A DNA stretch of 64,000 nucleotides, from the IMG/VR virus record IMGVR_UViG_3300045988_184160, positions 1-64,000 of that record; one strand, written 5' to 3'. Source of the stretch: a virus. Position numbers and translations under genes: made by a program. Shown here piece after piece: positions 36,100-44,979 of the stretch; within the stretch, counting starts at the first letter, position 1, and each line of letters opens with the position of its first letter. Below the pieces are notes generated by a model that saw only the letters and a list, made by a program, of their open reading frames with translations, was not told where the DNA came from and did not search any database.

Positions 36100-37473
36100 A
36101 TGAGTGAAAAAACAACAGAAAAACCATTCCAGATATCCCGCCGGCAGGCATTTAAAACCGCTGTAGCCCTGTATTTAGGGGCTACTTTCAGCACCATAAC
36201 AACCACTATTGCGCGCGCCTACGACAAGGACGGCAACGACGCATATGACTGGATTCAGCCACTTAATACGCCTGGGGTGCCAAGGTCTTTTTCTCAGTCT
36301 AATAAGGGTAAAGAGAACGCCGAGAAAGTCCCTGACTATTACACTATTTCTCTCGGGTCTAACGGTATCAATGTTTTGTATGGTGGGCAGCCCTGTAGTG
36401 TTGGTTTAGCTGGTTGCACCACTTTCGCTTTCTATAACCTTTTCCTTAAAGCTGGTGTGATCGACGGGAAAATGCGTTACGCATCAACTGATGCAGGTGA
36501 AGACACCTACCATAAACGCTACATTCTCACAGATAAGCTAGTGACCTCAGAAGGGGCAGCCTTGTGGAACGCCCCAGCCGACCACTCCGACGGTAAAATT
36601 AAATACAAGGGCTGGGCGGATGGACAAGCTGGTATCGCTGCGGCGCTCAAAAGCGACCCGTCATCACTCGCTATAATCCACATCGAATCCCCCCTTGGGA
36701 TGCACTGGGTGTACGGTGAAGATGTTACAGACGACGGGAAAATCGTTATCGTGGACTCCGGGTGGGGGCACCACTTCCTGCCAGCGCCCTCATACTCTGT
36801 GGTCTACGGTGCCCACATGTACAGCATGGAGGGTAAGAAACGGTCAGACGTTGAGTCTTTCGCCAACATAGGCCCAGACGGTCAGCTCAGTGGCGGCGGC
36901 GGTGGTGGGGAGAATAAGGACAGCGACCCGAATGCTGGGGAGCATGACACAACCACTGCTGGGGAAAACGCTAAACCCATTGAAGAGCTAGACCTTGACG
37001 GGATGGAAGGACGTAAAGCCTACGAGCTGCGTGCTGAACGCCCCAACGATGGGCAACCCAATGACGGGCGCGGGTTCATTAGACCCGATGCTTTGGATGT
37101 CCCGAGGAAAGAACGGGACACCCTCGCTAGAATGAAAGAGGACCAGAAGGCTACTCGTGAAGGGGAGATAGATTCAGGGTTCCGGTCTATTGGCACATTG
37201 GCTGGTATCCTTGGGAGCCTATATGCTCTAGCTGTCATGCTGACGTATGTTTTCGACAAGAACGGCGGCGCGGGCATGACGTTCTCCGACCGGATAGCAC
37301 CCAGAAAATTCGTCAACCCAGAGGACGAAGAGCATGGCACAGGCAGGATGTTCAAGTTCGTGATCGTGGTGTTCATCATATCGGTTCTGCTGGTGACGGG
37401 TCTTCTGCCTAGTATCATGGGGAACATAGTGAATGTTTTGGGTGACATCTGGAAAAACATAGGAGGACGATAA
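36100..37473 (+). CDS. Tat-signal protein with papain-fold-like (Cys..His..Asp) putative peptidase/amidase domain and C-terminal membrane module
   Basis: ATG at 36100 gives MSEKTTEKPFQISRRQAFKTAVALYLG (S-R-R-x-F-x-K Tat motif). Candidate triad: GLAGCTTFAFYN ... GMHWVYG ... VDSGWG. C-terminal EELDLDGMEGRKAYE plus two TM helices, as in 29471..30802. Confidence 0.5.
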   Translation: MSEKTTEKPFQISRRQAFKTAVALYLGATFSTITTTIARAYDKDGNDAYDWIQPLNTPGVPRSFSQSNKGKENAEKVPDYYTISLGSNGINVLYGGQPCSVGLAGCTTFAFYNLFLKAGVIDGKMRYASTDAGEDTYHKRYILTDKLVTSEGAALWNAPADHSDGKIKYKGWADGQAGIAAALKSDPSSLAIIHIESPLGMHWVYGEDVTDDGKIVIVDSGWGHHFLPAPSYSVVYGAHMYSMEGKKRSDVESFANIGPDGQLSGGGGGGENKDSDPNAGEHDTTTAGENAKPIEELDLDGMEGRKAYELRAERPNDGQPNDGRGFIRPDALDVPRKERDTLARMKEDQKATREGEIDSGFRSIGTLAGILGSLYALAVMLTYVFDKNGGAGMTFSDRIAPRKFVNPEDEEHGTGRMFKFVIVVFIISVLLVTGLLPSIMGNIVNVLGDIWKNIGGR

Positions 37474-37477
37474 GAGC

Positions 37478-37936
37478 ATGAGAGAAGGAAGAACAGAGCA
37501 TATCCTGTTGACTGTGGGTACACACGGCTGGGTTATCCTGCAGAACGAGGCAGTTGCCCGCACGCACGCTGGTGTACCAGCTGAAGGTAGGAAGCGTATC
37601 AGTAGCCGTGGGGATGCCTTGGACGCGCTCTGTGAGGGGCTGGGGGTGTTCCCGTCCCTCATGCTGCCCGAGTACGGGGAGGACGGGGAGAGGATCAGGT
37701 ACACTCTCACCCTTGAAACAAAGTACAGTATCGTTGAGAAGAATCTGTCTCGCACACCGGATAAGGCTAGTAGTGATGAGAGTAAATATTTGAGAATCAA
37801 AGACCTTAAAGACAGGTGCGACGCACTGGTTATCACAAACACGACCGCTTCACCGTTCGCAGACGTTTACCTTGCGTCCACCCCCAAGGCAGAGAAGCCC
37901 ATATCAGCAGCAGATTACCTATCTGAGTTAGGGTAA
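37478..37936 (+). CDS. hypothetical protein (152 aa)
   Basis: ATG with AGGAGGA upstream. Confidence 0.6.
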   Translation: MREGRTEHILLTVGTHGWVILQNEAVARTHAGVPAEGRKRISSRGDALDALCEGLGVFPSLMLPEYGEDGERIRYTLTLETKYSIVEKNLSRTPDKASSDESKYLRIKDLKDRCDALVITNTTASPFADVYLASTPKAEKPISAADYLSELG

Positions 37937-37943
37937 GGTTATC

Positions 37944-38630
37944 GTGGATTTTTTTGCTTTCGCTGTTGACCCTGAGAAGCTTGGTGACACTCTAGCGCGC
38001 ATGGGTGACCTTGGTAGGGAGGAGTACCGGAACCGCGTGTTTGTTGGCGGTAAGAGTGGTGCTCCTGCTACGGATAGTCAGGATGTTACACATGTTTTGG
38101 AGATTCTGATGCTTGCTACGCAGCGGGGGTCTTCTTTGTCTAAGAACCTGAATATTCTTGCGTATTCTCATCGGGCTAAGGAGAATGATCGTAAGAATCA
38201 GCATAAGGTGGACCAGAAAACTTTCTACATCAACAATTCTGAGAAGAGCGAAGACGGGGAACCGCTCTACGACGCATTCACCCAGCACACCCTACCCTCA
38301 CACGTCCTATCCACCAGTGAAGGCGGGTACGAAGAAGTGGAAATGTCCAGCACCACCAGAGCAGCCGTGCGGTGGGTACTAGACAACAGGCGCAGACTAT
38401 TCCTGGAACACGGTGTTGATGTGGTGCGCGCCCTCTCAGTTATGGGCGAAAACGAAGATGCACAGAACAACCTGCGGGTTGTGTGCTGCAGCGACCAGGA
38501 GTTCCGTGAAATCCTGGATGATATTAGGAAACTATCAGCAGTCAGGTGCCTCAACATGTCCGTAACCGACCTGTTCAAATCCCATGTGAACGACCTGTTC
38601 CTCCACGAGAGGGGGCTGACCTGCGCATGA
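37944..38630 (+). CDS. hypothetical protein (228 aa)
   Basis: GTG start with AAGGT RBS. No motif recognised. Confidence 0.6.
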   Translation: MDFFAFAVDPEKLGDTLARMGDLGREEYRNRVFVGGKSGAPATDSQDVTHVLEILMLATQRGSSLSKNLNILAYSHRAKENDRKNQHKVDQKTFYINNSEKSEDGEPLYDAFTQHTLPSHVLSTSEGGYEEVEMSSTTRAAVRWVLDNRRRLFLEHGVDVVRALSVMGENEDAQNNLRVVCCSDQEFREILDDIRKLSAVRCLNMSVTDLFKSHVNDLFLHERGLTCA

Positions 38631-39682
38631 CAACCAAACTACCGTCACCACGGAAGATAGTGCAGAAAACCCCTGTCGTTCGGGATATTAACTACTTGAG
38701 TAAGCCGCGTAACCTAGACGAGGACGATAAAAAGTACGCCCAGAAATATTTGACGAAGATAATTATTTGGTGTCTTGCTATTATCGCCGTACTCAGTGTG
38801 GCATCGTTGATGCTTTTCACCAGCATCAACGATGACGCGAAAATCGACAAAGAAACACAGAAAGAACTACTGCAAAACCCCACCGCAACCACCACCCCAT
38901 CATACGACCGAGCATCCGCATACCCATCCGTCGCATCCAACGGATCAACCTACACCGTGCCTGACGTGTCCAACAAACCATACGTGGACAAGTCCAGTAT
39001 CACCACCCACGGGTTCACCCTCTACAAGGCAGGGGAGAAAAAAGACTCCCTCATCTCCGAGAGGCTAACACGGTCACTCATCCAAAAATACGGTGACGCA
39101 ATGCCAAGCGCCGCATCAGTCGCAGCATTCCCTATCGTCGGTGAAGACACCACTAACTCCGCTTACCTCATGTTCGACCCGCAGAAACAGTTCGTGTTCT
39201 CCATCAAAGAAACCCCCGATTCAGTGGAAGACAACTACTACACCGCCACCACAGGCGCAGAACAAGACTACCAACGCTGGGTAGACATCTACAAGACATC
39301 CCACGAAGTAGTAGACATCCTCAGGGACACCCCCACAGGGCTCATCAGCGACCACACCCAAGCAACTAACCTAGACGCACTGCAAGCCAACACGGGCACC
39401 ACGGTTGTGATGATCCTAGACCCCAACAAAACCACTGTAGGGGACAAAAAACAAGCCCTAGAGGTGGCACGGAAACTAGCTGCACAAATCAAGCCACGCA
39501 AAGACTTCGATATTGAAATCCGGTGGGCGACCAGCAGGGACGAATGGGTAAAAACCAAAGCCCACAAAATCAGCAAAAACGAACACTTAGGCGTTGATGA
39601 AACCCTCCGCAGGCTAACACCAGCCCTGCAGGGCGATACGATCACCATCACCACAACCCCCAAAACTGTCCGCACCCAATAA
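38627..39682 (+). CDS. membrane-anchored protein (351 aa)
   Basis: ATG at 38627 overlaps the previous stop (ATGA). Single TM IIIWCLAIIAVLSVASLMLF, then a Thr/Pro linker and an extracytoplasmic-looking domain. Confidence 0.65.
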   Translation: MTTKLPSPRKIVQKTPVVRDINYLSKPRNLDEDDKKYAQKYLTKIIIWCLAIIAVLSVASLMLFTSINDDAKIDKETQKELLQNPTATTTPSYDRASAYPSVASNGSTYTVPDVSNKPYVDKSSITTHGFTLYKAGEKKDSLISERLTRSLIQKYGDAMPSAASVAAFPIVGEDTTNSAYLMFDPQKQFVFSIKETPDSVEDNYYTATTGAEQDYQRWVDIYKTSHEVVDILRDTPTGLISDHTQATNLDALQANTGTTVVMILDPNKTTVGDKKQALEVARKLAAQIKPRKDFDIEIRWATSRDEWVKTKAHKISKNEHLGVDETLRRLTPALQGDTITITTTPKTVRTQ

Positions 39683-39811
39683 AAGTTATGACGAAACAAT
39701 TTGCGGACACCAACCCGCGACGTGTAACCTTGAAGAGCAATGTCACCACGGTAGCGAAAACCAGCCACCACAATGGTGACAAGCAAATCAAGAACCACGA
39801 AAGAAAGAACC

Positions 39812-41611
39812 ATGAACCAAGAAAACAGCCCAGGAACAGCACTAGCAAACGCGAAATTTCGTGCCCTTAACGCGCGTTTAAACGCCGCCGAGAAGGCGAA
39901 GGAATACTTGTTGGAGCGTCCCACGGACAAGAAGCGCACCTTCTTTGAGGAATATTCCAACTGCGGCATCCCTCAAGCTAAACTTGCGAACGACCCTAAA
40001 GCTTCCATGCTGGTCTATATCCCAAAAATTGTTCTTAACCCCGAATGGTTCAAGAAACCTGTTGTGGAGATGCAGGATAACTACGACAACCTGTCACTTG
40101 CGGCGTATCTTCTGCATAAGGTCACTGATCCTGAGAAGCAAGTCAAAGGTAAAAACGGTAAGAAATTCCCTGCGAAGGTAGCTAATATCCGCTGCACAGC
40201 GCACACAAAAAAGGAAAAGCTGCATAAGATTTTTGCAGATTTCAAAGCTGAGGGGATAGATCTAGGGTATCCCGAAGATTTTGAGGGTTGTCTAGTCTGC
40301 GAGGAGGGCAAGAAGCTTCAAAAAACTTTCTGGGGTACGGTAGATGACACTGGCGTGGTTTATTCCGACCCGAAGGTTTACCCGTATCTAGAGCAGTGGA
40401 CAGCTGAATTTGTCATGAATAAGCTCAACGGTGAAGAGCTTGACCTTAAAAACCCTGAACAAAAGGGCGCGTTGCACAGTTATATAGGTGCCAAGATTAA
40501 AGGGGTAGATCCTAATCTAATCAAGACTCTTGGAAATGCGCATGGCGGTTCAGTTCGCCCCATTAAGAGTGCTAAAACATCAGAAGGTTTCCCAGCTTCC
40601 CGCTTCGTCGTCCCAGTTTTCGTGATTACGGCAAAGCAGGAAAAAGTCACTAGGAAGAGCGCAGCGGGTCTTGAGCGCACCTTCATTGAAGACGTCCCTG
40701 TCTATAATGAGGATGGGACCCCCGCCGTTCAGCTGATGTTCCTTGATTTAACCGGCAAATTCTTGATTAATAATTTCGTCAAGAAGTACGCTAAAACTGT
40801 TGCTAGTGAGTCATCCTCAATGAACCAAGAAACCGAGGCTGATTTCATCATCGGGAAAGCCTATAGGCATGCTCTTGAGCGCGGAGATAGTGAGGAAGAA
40901 GCGAAGGAATACTCGAACAAGATTTGGGAACTTAAGAAGACGCTCCCTAATTCTTTTGGGGTTATTTCGCATAGTTCAGTCTCAGATAATGGAGTGGAAT
41001 TTAAAGAAGGATACACCTTTGATCGCCATAACTGGGATAGGGAATTAGATGATGTTTCTGGTTTCAATAACCCAGAGATCGTGAAGATCCGCGAATACTG
41101 CAACCATATTGCAGAAAATTTCTCTATACCTGGCGATGAGAGCGGCAAGACTTGGGCGCTGACCGGTAATATTGTGCAGATGCTTGTGAATGACGCAAAT
41201 CTTAAGCATTACAATGAGATCAAACAGCTCATTAAGCCTGTTGTGGATTATTGGGAAAAGCACCATCTTGAGGTTATTCAGAAGAATCGCGCATCTTATG
41301 GTGCTGGCTCTACTGTTGTGGAGCCTGAACCTAGGAAGGGTGTCATGTTCTCTGCTCGTCGCCAGAATGTGGAGGAGTCTAGCGCCCCTGCCCCTGAGGT
41401 TACCGAAGCCCAGTGGCTACCTCTTGAGCCTCCGGTTCCCGCGACACCAGCTGCCCCTGTTATTCAGGCGCAACCCGAGCCTGCAGCAGTGGCTTCTGCT
41501 AGTGTGCAACCTGTACAGCAGGTGGAAGACCCGATCCCTGCCGCCCAGAGTAACCCAGTAAGTAAACCTGAAACCACCAAAAAATCAGGTGAAGACCCTT
41601 TCCCCTTTTAA
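39812..41611 (+). CDS. hypothetical protein with Pro/Ala/Gln-rich linker and acidic ...EDPFPF C-terminal tip
   Basis: Track ORF starts at 39773, and the alternative ATG at 39812 is used here. The last ~75 aa are low complexity and end in SGEDPFPF, reminiscent of the SSB C-terminal D-D-D-I-P-F tip. Confidence 0.65.
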   Translation: MNQENSPGTALANAKFRALNARLNAAEKAKEYLLERPTDKKRTFFEEYSNCGIPQAKLANDPKASMLVYIPKIVLNPEWFKKPVVEMQDNYDNLSLAAYLLHKVTDPEKQVKGKNGKKFPAKVANIRCTAHTKKEKLHKIFADFKAEGIDLGYPEDFEGCLVCEEGKKLQKTFWGTVDDTGVVYSDPKVYPYLEQWTAEFVMNKLNGEELDLKNPEQKGALHSYIGAKIKGVDPNLIKTLGNAHGGSVRPIKSAKTSEGFPASRFVVPVFVITAKQEKVTRKSAAGLERTFIEDVPVYNEDGTPAVQLMFLDLTGKFLINNFVKKYAKTVASESSSMNQETEADFIIGKAYRHALERGDSEEEAKEYSNKIWELKKTLPNSFGVISHSSVSDNGVEFKEGYTFDRHNWDRELDDVSGFNNPEIVKIREYCNHIAENFSIPGDESGKTWALTGNIVQMLVNDANLKHYNEIKQLIKPVVDYWEKHHLEVIQKNRASYGAGSTVVEPEPRKGVMFSARRQNVEESSAPAPEVTEAQWLPLEPPVPATPAAPVIQAQPEPAAVASASVQPVQQVEDPIPAAQSNPVSKPETTKKSGEDPFPF

Positions 41612-41659
41612 CAAGTAAACCCCAATAAACAACCCCGTGGGGCAGAACATGAAACCGTA

Positions 41660-43265
41660 TCAAATAAGGCTGTATAACTTACGTTTGTAAGCCGTGTTTC
41701 CTTGTTTGTGTGCCGCCTTACTGGTCTCCGGGGTGCCGTGTGCACCCCGGTCCGCTAGTACGGTGGTCACCAAGTAAGTTGCTTGTACCCTAGCGGGGCG
41801 AGGAGGAAGAATCACCCCCTTAATATTGTGGTGGTTCTTCCTTTTTGGTGTTGCTGTGTGTTTAGTCCTGTCGCGACTGGGATATTTCAGAGAAGCCCGC
41901 GCGGGCGGGGTTTTCAAGGCAACCTGTGGTTGGAGTTTACGGTTCTTAGCACGGGTTTTCCTAGCTTTCTCAACCTTGGGCACAGCACGGGCAGCGATAT
42001 TCGCGGCTGCGTTCACATCCCTGTCCATTACACCATGCATCGGGCAGTCCGAGACTCTATGAGTAGGATGCGCAACACGAGAATCGCAAGCATGACACAC
42101 CTGTGAGGTGTTTGCCGCGTTTACCGATACAACCCACCCGCCGTTCTGTGACACATAATGGGTAAGCCAGTTAATGAGTTCACCGCGATTCCACCGCCCA
42201 TTCTGCATTGTATTAGTGACCCAGCTGAGGTCTTCCACCGCAACAACCGCGTTACCCCACAGGTGAGATAAATCAGCTATCTCCTGGGCGGCTATAATGG
42301 CTAGTTCCCGTTTCTTACGGGAACTAGCTCCACCGCGAAGCTAGTTCCCGTTTCTTACGGGAACTAGCTTCGCGGTGGAGCTGTGCTTCATCCAGTGCTG
42401 ACATCCGGGCTTGTCTCTGGTAGAGGAGACTGTCTGCTTTCTTTTTAAGGAATCGTACCTGTTTCTCAGAAGCTCTGACACTGTTCCAGAGTGAATGAAC
42501 ACGCTGAGCAAGCGTGCCTTGGTAGACTATCTGCCCTGTCTTAGTGTTGCGAACGACGACGGTGGCGTAGTTATTAATACCAGCATCCACACCGATAACG
42601 TAATCACCTGAGAACTGGACGACAGGGTTATCTGTTGCTACTGTGAAGATGAATACGGGCTGGTTATTCTCGACTTTCACCAAAGGTAGGGTTACTTTTC
42701 CCTCCGGGAAACGGGTGTTATCAAAGCTGAAAATCAGTCTGTACCGTTCACCTTGGATAACCATCTTAAGAACGATTTCCCCATCAGCAAAAGGGTTGTT
42801 CTCAATCACAGCATATTGCTTGTCTACGGCACCAAGGTTAATGTAATCCTCGCCATATGACGGCGCAGATGCATCCACAGTGCGTTTCCAGCCTTGAGAA
42901 ATATATTTAGATGAGGAGCCGTTTACGGCTTTGACACGCTCCTGCCATGAACGATACTCAGTAACTACGCGATGTCTAACTAGCCACTCTTTACGTGATT
43001 TGCCTGTCCTCCCAGTTGCTAGGAAGTCAGGCATGGTCACACCTGCCCGACGACCCGCAACGGCAGGTTGGGTGACGGTAACCTGGGACAGTTCAGACCC
43101 TAAGGTGGTGTCGTTACGAACCACGTAGGTGGCGTAAGCAGAGATACCCTGAACCTCAGAGACAAGCTTAGCTAAAACAGGGGTGCTATCCAGTAGTTCA
43201 CCGTTCAGATTCAGGACGTGAGAAGGGTGCGCCACGAAAGCCTTATAGGTCCGATTCTTAGCCAA
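41660..43265 (-). pseudogene. tnpB: tnpB disrupted by a 40-bp insertion/duplication (frameshift)
   Basis: Track ORFs 42324..43265 and 41660..42238 are the N- and C-terminal parts of one TnpB collinear with 17638..19191. Deleting 40 nt (42329-42368) restores ...LHREASSRKKRELAIIAAQEIADLSH...VAVEDLSWV. Confidence 0.85.
42300..42379. repeat. duplicated 29-nt palindrome plus an inverted 11-mer (composite hairpin) inside tnpB
   Basis: GCTAGTTCCCGtttcttaCGGGAACTAGC at 42300-42328 and 42340-42368. TCCACCGCGAA (42329-42339) and its reverse complement TTCGCGGTGGA (42369-42379). Confidence 0.9.
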
Positions 43266-43281
43266 CGCACCCCACCTTTCC

Positions 43282-43902
43282 TTACTTATCGTCTAGTTTC
43301 TTGGACACATCATCAATGAGTTTACGCTGCTGCTCCCAGCCCCTCAAACGGTAAAACTTGCCGCTAAAGGACGCGAGAAGCGCCATGAAATCCTCCATCA
43401 GAACCGCGTGGGGCTCACGGGTTTCAGGGCTATCCAGGACAGTCACCTCAGCACCATAAGCTGTAAGAAGCTCCGTCAAATAGGTGAAACCAAACCTAGT
43501 GAGCCTAGCCTGATTGGTCACAAATACCCTGACTTTACCCTCCTCAGACTTTACGTCCCTGATGAGAGCTTTAAGACCTTTACGTTTCTCGTTAAGACCA
43601 GAGGCTTTATCTTGAAAAACCTTGTCCGGCTCACCATAAGCCGCCTTCAGCTTCTCCAACTGAGTTTCAATGAGGACATCATCACCGTTAGAAGACCTTA
43701 CATAGAAAAAAGTCTTACCAGCATCAGGCTCAAGCCCCAGCATCTCCCTCTTGAAATCTTCAAGCTCAGACGGGTAGAAAACCTTTTCCCCCGTAATTGA
43801 TACATGGTAACCCAACTTACCGCGCTGACACCAGGCCCTAACAGTAGAAGGCGATATACCTAGAAACTTAGCAGCTTGCCCTACTCTTAGATAATCCTTC
43901 AA
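43282..43902 (-). CDS. tnpA: IS607-type serine recombinase transposase
   Basis: N-terminal MerR-like HTH LRVGQAAKFLGISPSTVRAWCQRGKL. Catalytic region FFYVRSSNGDD (R-x-S) and DKASGLNEKRKGLKALI. Confidence 0.8.
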   Translation of the reverse strand: MKDYLRVGQAAKFLGISPSTVRAWCQRGKLGYHVSITGEKVFYPSELEDFKREMLGLEPDAGKTFFYVRSSNGDDVLIETQLEKLKAAYGEPDKVFQDKASGLNEKRKGLKALIRDVKSEEGKVRVFVTNQARLTRFGFTYLTELLTAYGAEVTVLDSPETREPHAVLMEDFMALLASFSGKFYRLRGWEQQRKLIDDVSKKLDDK

Positions 43903-44049
43903 GACAACCCCCTGTATAAGTAATGCATTGCATACTATCTATATTATAATATATAAATATTACTAACAAAATCTACAACAGCTGTCCACCCTTATCGGGT
44001 GGCTTGTTCTGCTACTACTCAAGAACAATAGAATCGCACAGTGCAAATA

Positions 44050-44829
44050 ATGTCCACGATAGATAAATTCACACAAAAAACAGTTTTCAGGCCCGAGCAG
44101 GATTATTTCTACCGTCTACCCCCACCAGTTTTCTCTGATGATGTTGCGGTTTTCATGGGCGGTGTCCTGCAGCATAAGGACGACCTCACCGCTTATGACC
44201 GTGAGCTTCTTCGAGGGTACCAGCCGGATAGTGAGCCTGATGAGCCGGTTTTGACGATTGTGAAGGACGGTGACGGGTATTTGTGGTCTTTACTGAAAAT
44301 CTTGATGGTTCCGGTGTTGTCCACGCTACTGTTTCCCGCGTTGAGGTGGGTTGGGGTGGATTTGACTGTTGGTCCGCTTCTGTGGGTCCTGTCGCTGTGT
44401 TTCATCTGGGTTGTGACTGGGTTGTATGCTCTATGGTTTTTGCAGGGGTATACGCAGAAGCATCTTGCGTCGCTTTATGTTTATTCTGTGGCTGAGGATG
44501 CGGAGGTTATGGAGCGCCGGCGGTTCCTTATTGGTGAGTGTGAGCGGTTGAGTAAGGAAATTGAGGGGTTGGAGTATCAGCGGGATAAGGTTCTTGAGGT
44601 GCGTAAGGCTGAGTTGGAGGCTTTGCCTATTAGTGTGGTGACTGTTGGTTCTCGCGTGGTGAGTAGGGACGCGGCGGTTGCTGATGTTGTGGGTGAGATT
44701 GGGCGTGTTGGTGCTGAGATTGAGGTTTTGAGGGGTAGGTTGTCGGGGTTGCAGGATTCGTTGGCGTATTCTGCTTTGGCGTTTTTGTCGTCTGATGAGG
44801 GGAGCCGTAGAGCGTATCTTGCGAAGTGA
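44050..44829 (+). CDS. membrane protein with C-terminal coiled coil
   Basis: Track start is GTG 44041, with an ATG at 44050. TM helices (LLKILMVPVLSTLLFPAL, LLWVLSLCFIWVVTGLYALWFL), then a heptad-like region. Confidence 0.6.
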   Translation: MSTIDKFTQKTVFRPEQDYFYRLPPPVFSDDVAVFMGGVLQHKDDLTAYDRELLRGYQPDSEPDEPVLTIVKDGDGYLWSLLKILMVPVLSTLLFPALRWVGVDLTVGPLLWVLSLCFIWVVTGLYALWFLQGYTQKHLASLYVYSVAEDAEVMERRRFLIGECERLSKEIEGLEYQRDKVLEVRKAELEALPISVVTVGSRVVSRDAAVADVVGEIGRVGAEIEVLRGRLSGLQDSLAYSALAFLSSDEGSRRAYLAK

Positions 44830-44843
44830 GTTAGCGACCTTTT

Positions 44844-44885
44844 GGGGTGTCACCAGTGTTTATTCATGGTGGCACCCCTTATTTT
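44844..44885 (+). terminator. rho-independent terminator
   Basis: GGGGTGTCACCA / TGGTGGCACCCC (one G-U) followed by TTATTTT. Confidence 0.7.
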
Positions 44886-44979
44886 ATGTGCTGGCGACGA
44901 AAGCATTTGCAAAACAGGAAGAACCTAATATAGACTCTAGAATAAATGACAGGAAAACTAGGTAGGAGTCTATAAGCGC

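Larger units (their letters stand above)
41656..43902 (-). mobile_element. IS607-family-type unit (tnpA serine recombinase + disrupted tnpB). Right end at 41656. The left end lies somewhere in 43903-44040.
   Basis: tnpA and tnpB are 16 nt apart on the minus strand. The right boundary comes from loss of similarity with the 17638..19195 copy. Confidence 0.7.

Noticed and set aside
17638-43265. Invertible 22-kb segment between the two inverted tnpB copies
   Set aside because: The copies are only ~80-87% identical where I aligned them, with no long identical tracts. Homologous recombination between them is therefore unlikely, and nothing in the sequence indicates an inversion.
43903-44040. Exact left end of the IS607-type unit and a tnpA promoter in the AT-rich stretch 43915-43975
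   Set aside because: I have only one tnpA-containing copy to compare, and the -35/-10 candidates have a suboptimal 15-nt spacer. I could not define the boundary or promoter from sequence alone.
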